DNA of 64,000 nt. Source: Prochlorococcus sp. AG-402-L09 (GTDB taxonomy: Bacteria; Cyanobacteriota; Cyanobacteriia; PCC-6307; Cyanobiaceae). How positions within the stretch are numbered: position 1 is the first letter of the stretch; the number at the start of each line of letters is the position of its first letter. The position numbers were made by a program, and so were the translations under genes. Positions 35,410 through 48,103 of this stretch are shown piece after piece. The notes beneath the pieces are model-generated. The model had not been told where the DNA came from, did not search any database, and saw only the letters and a program-made list of their open reading frames with translations. The stretch spans positions 63,534-127,533 of the forward strand of contig QCIK01000004.1 of assembly GCA_003216715.1 (NCBI GenBank), in the 5' to 3' direction.

Positions 35410-36567
35410 TTAAAGTTTTTTATTCCCATAAGCTAGATGTTTATGTAATTCAGAAATAATTTTTGTGTTAGCAGCAGGGAAAGGAAAATTGCTTAGCTTG
35501 TATGGAGATACCCAAAGTAATTTTTGACTAGCCAAAGGTTTAGGTTCGCCTAAAATCAATTCACAAATATGCACCGTAAAAAAAAGTCTCTTATGTGTAT
35601 AGGCGTGTTCAAAAGATAAAAGCTTTACTCCAACTTTGACAATAATCCCAAGTTCCTCTTTTAATTCTCTCTCGATAGTCTTTTCAATAGATTCGTCGGA
35701 ATTTTTTTTCCCTCCTGGAAATTCCCACATTCCACCCATACTCGAACCTTCCAGGCGCTGATCTATGAGCAATTCACCATTTTTATTAAAAACCAACCCA
35801 ATGCCAATTTCTTGAAGAGGCTTGATTTTCTTCATTTCTTTTTTTGGAAAATCATCAGGATCGTACTTTGTATGAGCAACACAAAAGTTTTGTAATGGGC
35901 AAGAAGAACAAATTGGTTTTTTGGGAGTACAAATTTTTGATCCTAAATCCATTAAAGCCTGATTCAAATCCCTGGGACTGACATTTGCAATCAATAAAGA
36001 GCTCAATTCCCACAATCTTTTCTCATTTTTGATAGATGTTTTTTCAGAAGCTAGCAATCTAGAAAAAATTCTTTTTACATTTCCATCCAATATGGGTGTA
36101 GGCAAGTCAAAAGCAGATGAGATGATACTTCCTGCAGTGCTTCTACCAATACCAGGAAGAGACATCCACTGATCTATTCCAACAGGCCATGAATGCAGAT
36201 TTTCAACACTATTTTCACCAACACATTCAATTAATATTTTAGAAGATTGATGTATGCGAGTTGCGCGTGAATAATAGCCAAGACCTTGCCATATCAAAAG
36301 AACCTTCTCTAAATCAGCCTCTGCTAGATCAATCAAAGATGGAAAAACCTTGATCCATTTTTCCCAATAAGGAATAACGACCTTCAACTGAGTCTGCTGA
36401 AGCATTACCTCTGCGATCCAAATTTCATAAGGAGATATGCTTTCACCTAATTGAGGAATAGAACCATCTTTCTTTAATTTCCATGGTATCCAGTGTCTAC
36501 CATTCTCTCTAAACCATTCTAGAAGTGAATTTTGGATATCTTGAGGAGAATCAAAAATACCCATCAA
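35410..36567 (-). CDS. mutY: A/G-specific adenine glycosylase with C-terminal MutT/Nudix domain
   Basis: AEVMLQQT, GLGYYSRA, LPGIGRSTAG, LDGNVKR, Fe-S CX6CX2CX5C, C-terminal GMWEFPGGK...RELKEELG. Confidence 0.95.
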   Translation of the reverse strand: MMGIFDSPQDIQNSLLEWFRENGRHWIPWKLKKDGSIPQLGESISPYEIWIAEVMLQQTQLKVVIPYWEKWIKVFPSLIDLAEADLEKVLLIWQGLGYYSRATRIHQSSKILIECVGENSVENLHSWPVGIDQWMSLPGIGRSTAGSIISSAFDLPTPILDGNVKRIFSRLLASEKTSIKNEKRLWELSSLLIANVSPRDLNQALMDLGSKICTPKKPICSSCPLQNFCVAHTKYDPDDFPKKEMKKIKPLQEIGIGLVFNKNGELLIDQRLEGSSMGGMWEFPGGKKNSDESIEKTIERELKEELGIIVKVGVKLLSFEHAYTHKRLFFTVHICELILGEPKPLASQKLLWVSPYKLSNFPFPAANTKIISELHKHLAYGNKKL

Positions 36568-36741
36568 AATAAATAAAAAATTAAAAAAAAGTTTTTTAAT
36601 AATATCATTATTTTGATTATTTAATCCAATTAAATTAAAACTTTTTGAATAGCTAATACATATAATAATATGAATAAAAAATTATTTACTTTACTAAAGA
36701 TATAACTTTAAGTAAAAATAATTTTTATTCCTATAAAAATT

Positions 36742-37641
36742 ATGAAGCAATTCTGGAATTGGAGAAATTATCAAATTGCATGGCAAGTAGAAAAAGAAAA
36801 TAATAATTCCAAAATTGCAATAGTTTTAATTCATGGTTTTGGAGCATCCAAAGATCATTGGAGGTTCAATCAAAAGAATATCAGTTCAATTGCACCATGC
36901 TATGCATTAGATTTAGTGGGATTTGGAGAAAGTAGTCAGCCAAATTCACAGCTCTCATTTGAAAAGAAAACCTCTGACAATTTTAATTATTGTTTTGATA
37001 ATTGGAGTCAGCAAGTTTATGATTTCTGTAACGAAATAGTTAAAAAACCTGTCTTTTTAATAGGAAATTCAATTGGTGGAGTGATTGCATTAAATACTTC
37101 AAAAAAATTATCAAAGAGATGTCTAGGAATAATATTAATTGATTGTGCTCAGAGAACAATGGACGACAAGCGTCTAGCTGAGCAATCGTTATTGATGAGA
37201 TTTTTTAGACCAGTCATTAAAACTTTAGTAAGACAACGAATTTTAAGTTCCAACATTTTCAAAAATGCAGCCAATCGATCTTTTATTGCAAAAATTTTAA
37301 AATTGGCATACCCAAGTGGAAACAATGTTGATAAAGAATTGATAGATATACTTTTTCAACCAACTCAAGGGAAAGGCGCTCGAGAAGCTTTTCGAGGATT
37401 TATTAATCTTTTTGATGATTATCTTGCCCCAGATTTACTTATACAATCGAAAATACCAGTTAATTTAATCTGGGGAGAAAAAGACCCATGGGAACCTGTA
37501 AAAGAAGCAGAGAAATGGTTTAAAACTTTTGAATGTGTAAAATCGTTAGATATTATTGAAAATGCTGGACATTGCCCTCATGACGAAATGCCAGAGAAAG
37601 TAAATCCTATTATTGAAAAACTAATTCAAGAAGCCATATAG
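36742..37641 (+). CDS. Alpha/beta fold hydrolase
   Basis: LIHGFGAS, ALDLVGFG, GNSIGG, NAGHCPHDE. Confidence 0.9.
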   Translation: MKQFWNWRNYQIAWQVEKENNNSKIAIVLIHGFGASKDHWRFNQKNISSIAPCYALDLVGFGESSQPNSQLSFEKKTSDNFNYCFDNWSQQVYDFCNEIVKKPVFLIGNSIGGVIALNTSKKLSKRCLGIILIDCAQRTMDDKRLAEQSLLMRFFRPVIKTLVRQRILSSNIFKNAANRSFIAKILKLAYPSGNNVDKELIDILFQPTQGKGAREAFRGFINLFDDYLAPDLLIQSKIPVNLIWGEKDPWEPVKEAEKWFKTFECVKSLDIIENAGHCPHDEMPEKVNPIIEKLIQEAI

Positions 37642-38636
37642 GCTTCAACTGATTCCCCTGTTTTTCTAAGGCCTCTCAATCCATCTCGCTCTAGATTTCT
37701 TACTCTATCTCTACTAATACCTAGGACTCTTCCGATACCAGTCAGACTCATAGGATCATCACCATCCATGCCATAACGCATCCTTAATACTCTATTTTGA
37801 AGCTCAGGTAATTGTTCAAGTAAAGTCTCTAAATCTCCTTTCATACAATCACTCTCTATTTGCTCCGAAGGCATATCAATTTCATTAGAGAGCAAATCAA
37901 GCAAAATTGTGTCTTCTCCGTCACCTATTTTAGTCTCTAAGCTAACTGGCTGCCCAGCTCTGCTCATTAAATCCTTAACGTCATTCTCAGGCAATTCAAC
38001 ATATTCAGAAAGTTCTTTCAAAGTTGGAGTCCTAGAAAGCTCTTGACTTAATTCTCGCTGGCCTTTTTTCAGTTTGTTAAGCATTTCAGTAATGTGAATG
38101 GGTAGTCTTATAGATCTGCTTTTTTCAGCAATTGCTCGGGTAATTCCTTGACGTATCCACCAGTAGGCATAGGTTGAAAACTTATATCCTCGAGTAGGAT
38201 CAAACTTTTCAACACCTCTGACTAAACCAATAGTCCCCTCTTGAATTAAATCAAGTAATTCCATATTCCTTTTTGTATATTTCTTCGCAACACTTACCAC
38301 CAAACGAAGATTAGCCGCGACCATTCTCTCTTTTGCTCTTTTACCACTTTTCAACTTCTTTTTGAGCTGAACAGTAGAAAGTCCGGCTTTGTCAGCAAAA
38401 AAAGTAAGATCAGGTTTTTCACCTAAATCACTCTCCAATTCTGACTCAAGATTTTCAAGCACCATGAGATCTTGGACTTGTCTACCTAAAGTTATTTCCT
38501 GTTCGTGTGACAACAACGGAACTCTTCCAATGTCTCTTAAATATGAGCGCACTAAATCAATATCAGTAACAGTCCTAGTAGAGGAAGTAGTAGTAGATGG
38601 ATTTTTTGTGTGAATAGCCTCTACTGCCAATGTCAT
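37626..38636 (-). CDS. Group 2 sigma-70 factor
   Basis: DLVRSYLRDIGRVPLL, ANLRLVVSVAKKY, DLIQEGTIGL, KFSTYAYWWIRQ, region 4 ISRDRVR; no region 1.1. Confidence 0.95.
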   Translation of the reverse strand: MTLAVEAIHTKNPSTTTSSTRTVTDIDLVRSYLRDIGRVPLLSHEQEITLGRQVQDLMVLENLESELESDLGEKPDLTFFADKAGLSTVQLKKKLKSGKRAKERMVAANLRLVVSVAKKYTKRNMELLDLIQEGTIGLVRGVEKFDPTRGYKFSTYAYWWIRQGITRAIAEKSRSIRLPIHITEMLNKLKKGQRELSQELSRTPTLKELSEYVELPENDVKDLMSRAGQPVSLETKIGDGEDTILLDLLSNEIDMPSEQIESDCMKGDLETLLEQLPELQNRVLRMRYGMDGDDPMSLTGIGRVLGISRDRVRNLERDGLRGLRKTGESVEAYMAS

Positions 38637-38736
38637 GAGTTTGTTGAGTTTTGTAAAGCTTACTACTAAGAATTGTAAAGATCAATTGGATAGAGCTCGG
38701 CTTCCCATACTTTGAGTAAAAACACTCATTCGGCTT

Positions 38737-40146
38737 CTACGCCAGTCTTCCCAGAAGCCATGAAGCTGTTTTGAGGTAAATCAACACTCCTGCAACATCT
38801 GTAGCGGTCGTAATAAATGGAGCAGACATCAGGGCAGGATCTAAGCCCATACGATGAAAAAACAAAGGCAATGACGCTCCTGCAGTCGCAGCCAAAGTTG
38901 TAATAGCCATTAAACTTATTCCTACAGCTGTTGCGACTAAAGGTCCTTGTCCTTGCCACCAAGCGAAAGGTACAACAAATACAGCCATCAAAATTCCTAG
39001 TAGAGCTCCTGCCAATGCCTCTCTTGCAATAGCCCTAAAAAGACCTAGTCGCTGAATTCGCTGAGTACTTAAACCTCTAATAACAACTGTCGAACTTTGA
39101 GCTCCAACATTGCCCCCTGCACCAATCAACAAAGGAATGAAAGCAGCTAATAAAACCACTTGTTTTAAAACCTCATCATTCATTGCAATTACTTGAGTTG
39201 TTAATCCATTAGCCAAGACCAAAACAGCAAGCCAAACGATGCGTCGTCTGGTTACAACGAATAAATTACTTTGGAAATAATCATCATCATCCCCTGCTTG
39301 AACGGCACCAGCCGCATAAATATCCCTAGTTGCTTCTTGTTCAATAACATCGATCACATCATCCACAGTGACAATGCCAACAAGTCTTTTTTCAAGATCT
39401 ACAACCGGTAAAGCTAAAAAGTCATATCTTTGAATTGCTCTTGCAACCTCTTCTTGATCAGTATCTGTTCTCACATTAACAACTTCCCTTGTCATGACCT
39501 CCCCAATACGTGATTCAGGGTCAGCAACTACCAAGTCCCTTAAAGATAAAATTCCAGTTAGATGTCTTTCTTTATCGGTAACATAAAGGCTATATATTGT
39601 TTCAGAAAAAGTGGCTCGTTGTCGAACTAATTTCAATGCTTGTGCGACACTAAGAAATTCCTTCAGGTCTATAAATTCAGTGGTCATTAATCTGCCAGCG
39701 GTCTCAGATTCATAACCTAAAAGTTGAGCAGTTACTCGTCGTTCTTCAGGACTAAGTTCGGAAAGCAAGCGCCTAACAACTTTGGCAGGTAACTCATCAA
39801 ACAGACGAACTCGATCATCAGGTGACATTTCTTCCACCAAGTCAAGTACTTCATTTGATCTCAAACGATCTAAAAGATTTTGTTGAACTGACGGATCTAA
39901 ATATTCATAGACTTCAATTGCTTCATTTTTATTCAACAACCTGAATGCCAAAGCTTGCAAGATCATTGGCAGTGTCCCAATAGCTTGAGCTATATCGACA
40001 GGCTGGACAGGATTGAGTAATGATTTAACACCATCGTAATTACCTGCAGAGAGCATTGCCTCCAATTGCACAGCAACTGCCTCAGCAACCAAACTTCCAT
40101 TCTCCAAAGATCGAGTCTCACTGGATGCCCCTAATTGTTCTTTCAT
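38737..40146 (-). CDS. mgtE: Magnesium transporter MgtE
   Basis: ETAGRLMT, CBS pair, LPVVD..LVGIVTVDDV, GGNVGAQ, DPALMSAPFITTATD. Confidence 0.96.
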   Translation of the reverse strand: MKEQLGASSETRSLENGSLVAEAVAVQLEAMLSAGNYDGVKSLLNPVQPVDIAQAIGTLPMILQALAFRLLNKNEAIEVYEYLDPSVQQNLLDRLRSNEVLDLVEEMSPDDRVRLFDELPAKVVRRLLSELSPEERRVTAQLLGYESETAGRLMTTEFIDLKEFLSVAQALKLVRQRATFSETIYSLYVTDKERHLTGILSLRDLVVADPESRIGEVMTREVVNVRTDTDQEEVARAIQRYDFLALPVVDLEKRLVGIVTVDDVIDVIEQEATRDIYAAGAVQAGDDDDYFQSNLFVVTRRRIVWLAVLVLANGLTTQVIAMNDEVLKQVVLLAAFIPLLIGAGGNVGAQSSTVVIRGLSTQRIQRLGLFRAIAREALAGALLGILMAVFVVPFAWWQGQGPLVATAVGISLMAITTLAATAGASLPLFFHRMGLDPALMSAPFITTATDVAGVLIYLKTASWLLGRLA

Positions 40147-40208
40147 GTTTGGAGCAACAAGCCTCTATTATTTTATGACTAACATCCAAATTTGTTACCT
40201 ACATATCT

Positions 40209-40685
40209 ATGTCCGTAAATATCAGCAAAGTTGAGGTCGTCTCTTTCGAGAATGAAAAAATAACTTTTGAGCATTTCAAAGGAGATGTTCTGTTAATTGT
40301 GAATGTCGCCAGCAAGTGCGGATTTACCAAGCAATATAAAGGACTCCAAAATCTTCAAGATCACTACGCTCCTCAAGGTTTTAGAGTCTTGGGTTTTCCT
40401 TGCAATGATTTTGGTAACCAAGAACCTGGAGAGTTACAAGAAATCAAAAAATTCTGTTCAATGTCTTTTGGAGTGAATTTCCAACTTTTTCAAAAAGTTC
40501 ATGCAAAAGGTAAGACAACGGAGCCATTTACAACTTTGAATAAAGTCAGCCCAGTTGGCGATGTGGAGTGGAACTTCGAGAAATTTCTAATCAATCAAGA
40601 AGGAGAGGCAATAGCAAGGTTTAAAAGTTCAGTAGAACCCCAAAGTCATGAGATCAAAAAAGCTATTGAAGCTTTACTAAACTAA
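40209..40685 (+). CDS. Glutathione peroxidase family protein
   Basis: VNVASKCGFTKQY, LGFPCNDFGNQE, WNFEKFLI. Confidence 0.96.
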   Translation: MSVNISKVEVVSFENEKITFEHFKGDVLLIVNVASKCGFTKQYKGLQNLQDHYAPQGFRVLGFPCNDFGNQEPGELQEIKKFCSMSFGVNFQLFQKVHAKGKTTEPFTTLNKVSPVGDVEWNFEKFLINQEGEAIARFKSSVEPQSHEIKKAIEALLN

Positions 40686-41026
40686 TCTCTGATTTTCTTG
40701 GCAACCCAATCGCCTAAACAAACCGCAAGAAATCCCAAAAAAACAATTAATAATGTATTCAAAAAAAATAATTTGTAAAAACCATTATTTATTAATTCAT
40801 ATAACTGAAAAGACCATCCACTAAATGTAGTTAAAGAACCACAAAATCCAAATCCAAAAATTAATTTCAAATTTCTACGAATTGGCAAGGCATTAAAAAA
40901 ACCTAATAAAAAGCAACCAATTATATTAACTATAAAAATTTCATCAATTTGCCATCGAAATAACGCAGCAGGAATTGCTCCTATGGAAATAATAAAAAAA
41001 TCATTATTTTTGATAAAATTATCCAC
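40682..41026 (-). CDS. crcB: Fluoride efflux channel FluC/CrcB
   Basis: GAIPAALFR, VNIIGCFLLG, GFCGSLTTFS. Confidence 0.9.
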   Translation of the reverse strand: MDNFIKNNDFFIISIGAIPAALFRWQIDEIFIVNIIGCFLLGFFNALPIRRNLKLIFGFGFCGSLTTFSGWSFQLYELINNGFYKLFFLNTLLIVFLGFLAVCLGDWVAKKIRD

Positions 41027-41402
41027 TGTATTGATTACCTAATAAAAATCCTAATACCAAAGCAGCTATTCCAAAAGCAATTGATATAGTTAATAATTTT
41101 AATGCTTTAAAAAATTTAAATTTAAAAAATAGATCAAATAAATCATAAACAAGTGTGGAAAAAGTACTTAAGCTTCCTAATAAACCTATTGAAAAAAATA
41201 ATAATAATTCATTAGAAAAATTGAAAGATCTAATATGAGGGAAAACAGAGAGAAATAAAGCCAGACAAAAAGAAGCAAGAGTATTAATTATAAGAATAAC
41301 TACATCTTTAGCTATTCTTAATTTTTCCAGATTTTTATACAAAATAAATCTCATATTGGCACCAATTACCGCTCCAATAGAAACCAACAAAATATCTTTC
41401 AA
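41019..41402 (-). CDS. crcB: Fluoride efflux channel FluC/CrcB (second copy, likely heterodimer partner)
   Basis: GAVIGANMR, INTLASF, GLLGSLSTFST. Confidence 0.88.
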   Translation of the reverse strand: MKDILLVSIGAVIGANMRFILYKNLEKLRIAKDVVILIINTLASFCLALFLSVFPHIRSFNFSNELLLFFSIGLLGSLSTFSTLVYDLFDLFFKFKFFKALKLLTISIAFGIAALVLGFLLGNQYSG

Positions 41403-41403
41403 T

Positions 41404-43754
<2,351 letters not shown>

Positions 43755-43884
43755 TTAGTCGAAACCTTTCCTGAATTTTCAATTTAACATTGGTATAAAG
43801 GAAAGTCTTAGGAAAATTTCAAAACCCAATCAAAAAAATTAATTGTCATGCACTTAATTTTAATAAAGCTTCTGAAAGTGAATT

Positions 43885-44784
43885 ATGCAAGCTAATAAAC
43901 CTCTTGTCATAGCTCTGATGGGGCCAACTGCTAGCGGGAAAACTGAACTAGCAATTGATATTGCTATAAACCTCAACACTAATATTCATAATGTTGATTC
44001 GCGTCAAATTTATATCGACATGAATATTGGGACGGCGAAACCAACCCTAGAACAGCAACGACAAGTTCCTCATTTTTTAATTGATTTATGTTTGCCTTCT
44101 AAGCCAATAAATCTTTATGAATTTCAATTAATTGCAGTTAGTTCGATGAAGAATGAATTAAAAAAAAGAAATTTAATTTTACTTGTCGGAGGAAGTGGAT
44201 TATATCTTCAAAGCTTAATTGGAGGACTTAATCCTCCTGCCGTAGCACCTCAAAAATTCTTAAGAGATCAGCTTTACAAAATCAATAAAACTGAAAGGCA
44301 TAATTTATTAAAATGTTGTGATCCAATTGCTGCAGAGAAGATACATCCAGAAGACTCAATCAGAACTATTCGTGCTCTAGAAGTGTTTTATGCTACAGGG
44401 AAAACATTTTCTAAACAAAAAGAATTGATCTCTCTGCCATGGAAAGTTTTAGAACTTGGATTAAATCCGGACAATTTACAAGCCAGGATCCAGCATAGAA
44501 CTGAAAATATGTATAAAAATGGCTTGATCGAAGAAACTGAAGATTTGATTATTAAATACGGAAATGATTTACAGTTGCTTAAAACTATTGGATATGGTGA
44601 AGCAAAGTCTATTATTAATGGAACGATTAACTTTGAGGAGGCTTTAGAAATAACAATCCAACGAACATGTCAATTAGCCAAAAGACAAAAAACTTGGTTT
44701 AAAAATAAGCATAATTCTAAATGGCTAAATCATAAGAACGCATTACCTGAAGCTTTAACCATTATTTATGAGTTTCTAGGTTGA
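43885..44784 (+). CDS. miaA: tRNA dimethylallyltransferase
   Basis: [41 protein letters not shown]. Confidence 0.97.
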   Translation: MQANKPLVIALMGPTASGKTELAIDIAINLNTNIHNVDSRQIYIDMNIGTAKPTLEQQRQVPHFLIDLCLPSKPINLYEFQLIAVSSMKNELKKRNLILLVGGSGLYLQSLIGGLNPPAVAPQKFLRDQLYKINKTERHNLLKCCDPIAAEKIHPEDSIRTIRALEVFYATGKTFSKQKELISLPWKVLELGLNPDNLQARIQHRTENMYKNGLIEETEDLIIKYGNDLQLLKTIGYGEAKSIINGTINFEEALEITIQRTCQLAKRQKTWFKNKHNSKWLNHKNALPEALTIIYEFLG

Positions 44785-44844
44785 TTACTTCATATATGCT
44801 TAGAATTGATTCAAAAGGTACTTTTCCCATAAATTAGTCACTGA

Positions 44845-45453
44845 ATGCCACCACGTCCCCGTTTTGATCGTCGCGCTCCAGAAAGAGAGCTGCCAAACAT
44901 AAATGAAAGAATCAGCTATTCCAGCTTAAGAGTTGTCGATTCAGATGGAACACAACTTGGTGTCATAAGCCGAGAAGAAGCTCTAGAAGTTGCTCAAGAC
45001 AGAGAACTAGATCTGGTTCTAGTAAGCGAAAAAGCAACTCCTCCTGTATGTCGAATAATGAATTATGGGAAATTTAAGTTTGAGCAAGAAAAAAAGGCAA
45101 AAGAAGCCAAGAAGAAATCACATCAAACCGAAGTTAAAGAAGTAAAAATGAGATACAAAATTGATCAACATGACTATCAAGTTCGTATTAGTCAAGCGAC
45201 TAGATTCTTAAAAGCTGGAGATAAAGTCAAATGCACAGTGATTTTTAGAGGTCGAGAAATTCAACATACTGCTCTCGCTGAAACACTTTTGAAAAGAATG
45301 GCTAATGATCTTGAAGAAAAAGCAGAAGTACAACAATCGCCTAAAAGAGAGGGAAGAAATATGATTATGTTTTTAACTCCTCGTAAAACTCCTTTATTAA
45401 AGAAAGAAACAGATACTGCTGAGCCCCAAAAAGCCAAGAGAACAATCAATTAA
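44845..45453 (+). CDS. infC: Translation initiation factor IF-3
   Basis: [41 protein letters not shown]. Confidence 0.97.
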   Translation: MPPRPRFDRRAPERELPNINERISYSSLRVVDSDGTQLGVISREEALEVAQDRELDLVLVSEKATPPVCRIMNYGKFKFEQEKKAKEAKKKSHQTEVKEVKMRYKIDQHDYQVRISQATRFLKAGDKVKCTVIFRGREIQHTALAETLLKRMANDLEEKAEVQQSPKREGRNMIMFLTPRKTPLLKKETDTAEPQKAKRTIN

Positions 45454-45543
45454 TTTAAATAAACTTTTCGTTGGTCAAAGAATTAATTGTCACAAGTCAT
45501 TCTATTAACTAAGGTGGCCACATTCACACCTGGCATATAGCGC

Positions 45544-46533
45544 GTGAGATTCCACATACAACAGGAAAGTGAAATCCCTGCATCAAGTCAACTATATAAT
45601 CAAATTTGTTTTGCCATTGCAGCTAGGCATTACCCTCCTGGACATAGGTTGCCGAGCACTCGGCAACTAGCAATGCAAACGGGTTTGCATCGAAACACAA
45701 TAAGTAAAGTCTATCGGCAACTTGAAACTGACGGGGTCGTTGAAGCTATCGCTGGCTCAGGTATCTATGTGCGAGATCAACAAAAACAAAAAGACCTAAG
45801 AAGTAGCTCTCATTCAATTCGTAAAAAAGGTATCAAAGACATAGACCATGAAGTAAGGAAAAGTATTGATGAATTGTTAAATGCTGGATGCACTTTGCAG
45901 CAAACTAGAGAATTATTTACTCGAGAAATTGATTGGAGACTAAGATGTGGAGCCCGCTTACTTGTTAGTACACCCAGAGAAGATATTGGGGCATCGTTAT
46001 TAATTGCTGAAGAATTGGCTCCTCATTTAGATGTCCCAGTCGAGGTCGTACCAATGGAAGAACTAGAGAGTGTTTTAGAAAGTTCAAGTAAAGGCACCGT
46101 AATAACAAGCAGATATTTCTTGCAACCTTTAGAAGAATTAGCCAAGCGACATAAAGTTAGAGCTGTAGCTGTAGATCTAAGCGATTTCCAAAAAGAACTC
46201 ACTATTTTAAAAAAGCTTCGCTCAGGGAGTTGCGTAGGAATAGTAAGTATAAGCCCAGGAATTCTTAGAGCTGCAGAGGTTATCTTGCACAGCATGCGCG
46301 GCAATGAAATACTCTTAATGACTGCAAATCCAGATGTAGGAAGCCGTCTAATTGCATTATTAAGAGCTGCTAGTCATGTGATTTGTGATAGTCCTAGCTT
46401 GCCTGTTATTGAACATACTTTGAGACAAAATAGATCTCAATTAATGAGAATGCCACAAATTCATTGTGCACAAAAGTATCTTAGTGACTCTACAATTGAA
46501 GAGTTGAGCAAGGAGATTGGCCTCCTCGAGTAA
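45544..46533 (+). CDS. GntR-family transcriptional regulator (cyanobacterial type)
   Basis: LYNQI...PGHRLPSTRQLA...RNTISKVYRQLETDG...GSGIYV helix-turn-helix; GTG start. Confidence 0.92.
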   Translation: MRFHIQQESEIPASSQLYNQICFAIAARHYPPGHRLPSTRQLAMQTGLHRNTISKVYRQLETDGVVEAIAGSGIYVRDQQKQKDLRSSSHSIRKKGIKDIDHEVRKSIDELLNAGCTLQQTRELFTREIDWRLRCGARLLVSTPREDIGASLLIAEELAPHLDVPVEVVPMEELESVLESSSKGTVITSRYFLQPLEELAKRHKVRAVAVDLSDFQKELTILKKLRSGSCVGIVSISPGILRAAEVILHSMRGNEILLMTANPDVGSRLIALLRAASHVICDSPSLPVIEHTLRQNRSQLMRMPQIHCAQKYLSDSTIEELSKEIGLLE

Positions 46534-46536
46534 ACA

Positions 46537-47289
46537 TTGCATTTTGAATCAATGTTTCGATCACTAAAATCTGATTTCGAAATAATAAAAGAAAGAGATC
46601 CAGCAGCAAGAGGGGTTTGGGAAATATTGTTTTGCTATCCAGGCTTTCAAGCGTTATCAATCCACAGGATCAGCCATAAACTTTGGAAACACAAGCTTCC
46701 TCTTCTTCCTAGGTTACTGAGTCACATCACTAGGTTTTTGACTGGTGTAGAAATTCATCCAGGAGCCCAGATCGGTAAAGGGGTTTTTATTGATCATGGT
46801 ATGGGTGTGGTTATTGGAGAAACAAGTGAAATAGGTGATCGATGCTTGCTCTATCAAGGAGTAACTTTGGGCGGCACGGGAAAAGAAAGTGGAAAAAGAC
46901 ACCCAACTCTTGAAGCAAATGTTGTTGTGGGCGCTGGAGCCAAAGTTCTTGGAGGAATTTGCGTGGGAACCAATACAAGAATCGGGGCTGGTTCAGTAGT
47001 AGTAAAGAACGTGGAAGCGAATAGCACCGTAGTTGGAATACCTGGCAGGATAGTGCATCAAAGTGGCGTCAAAATAAATCCTTTAGCTCATTCTGCACTG
47101 CCAGATACAGAAGCTAACGTTCTGAGAAATCTTATGGAAAGAATTGATCAATTAGAAAGTGATATTATGGGACTTCAAGATTTAGTGATAAATATTCAAA
47201 CAAATAGAAAAAAAGAAGAAATAATTATCGGGGAATCACAGAACTTAAGAGATAAAGAAATTATAGAATTCATTGGAGATGATTCATAA
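46537..47289 (+). CDS. cysE: Serine O-acetyltransferase
   Basis: ERDPAAR, YPGFQA, GVEIHPGA, FIDHGMGVVIGET, GVTLGGTG, RHPT, VVGIPG; start is TTG 46537 or ATG 46552. Confidence 0.96.
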   Translation: MHFESMFRSLKSDFEIIKERDPAARGVWEILFCYPGFQALSIHRISHKLWKHKLPLLPRLLSHITRFLTGVEIHPGAQIGKGVFIDHGMGVVIGETSEIGDRCLLYQGVTLGGTGKESGKRHPTLEANVVVGAGAKVLGGICVGTNTRIGAGSVVVKNVEANSTVVGIPGRIVHQSGVKINPLAHSALPDTEANVLRNLMERIDQLESDIMGLQDLVINIQTNRKKEEIIIGESQNLRDKEIIEFIGDDS

Positions 47290-47323
47290 AAAATTGATTT
47301 AGTTTACAAGATTAAAATTCCAT

Positions 47324-48103
47324 TCAAAGTAAAAAAGGTAATCTTTTACTTTCAAAATTTAGCAATCTAATAGTAAAAAAAAGTCCTATAAAGTTAAATA
47401 TAAGTAGTAAAATTGAATTCTGATAATTTATGGAGCCATTAATAATACTATCTCTAAGAGGATCTAAAATCTGATAAATAAAGTTTAAATTGGTAATCCA
47501 ATCCAAAGATCCTAAACTTTCTTTCCTATAAAGTATTGGCGAAATCAAAAAAACCAACTGGAGCACTATTGGAACCAACTGGGCAACATCTGTAAAACGA
47601 ATGCTAATCAGACATACTATTACAGGGAACCAATATATAAAAATAAATAGATTCAAAAATGGTATCCATGAATATATTAAAATATTATTTATCAATGTAA
47701 ATTTAAAAAAAATAAATACAAAAAAAACCAATATGAAAGACTGAACAAAAGTTTGTAATTGAAAAGACCATTCCTCCAAAGTATAAAAAATAGGCTTAAG
47801 ATTCATATTCTTAATATTAGATGAATTATAGGCAAAAAGATTAGGCGAATTAGAAATTGAGGCACTGATTGTATTCCAAATGACCAAACCAAACCCTAAA
47901 TATATAAAGTAAGACTGAAAATCTTCTACTGAAAAAACTGTACCGTAAACAATTCCTAAAGTAGCTATTGATAATAGATTTGAGAAACCTAACCAAAAAC
48001 TACCAAGGGTGGTTCTAGCAAATCTTGCTCTTGATCTTGAAGTGGCTGTATACCACCATGCTTTCCTAGTTTTAAAAGCAAATTTAAAATTATCAAATAA
48101 CAT
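47324..48103 (-). CDS. wzm: ABC-2 polysaccharide exporter permease (Wzm/RfbA-like)
   Basis: RFARTTLGSFW, about six TM segments, RFTDVAQLVPIVLQLVFLISPILY; overlaps the wzt stop. Confidence 0.88.
   Translation of the reverse strand: MLFDNFKFAFKTRKAWWYTATSRSRARFARTTLGSFWLGFSNLLSIATLGIVYGTVFSVEDFQSYFIYLGFGLVIWNTISASISNSPNLFAYNSSNIKNMNLKPIFYTLEEWSFQLQTFVQSFILVFFVFIFFKFTLINNILIYSWIPFLNLFIFIYWFPVIVCLISIRFTDVAQLVPIVLQLVFLISPILYRKESLGSLDWITNLNFIYQILDPLRDSIINGSINYQNSILLLIFNFIGLFFTIRLLNFESKRLPFLL

Noticed and set aside
40682-41402. Tandem crcB/fluC pair as a novel duplication
   Set aside because: Paired Fluc genes encoding heterodimeric channels are a well-known arrangement.
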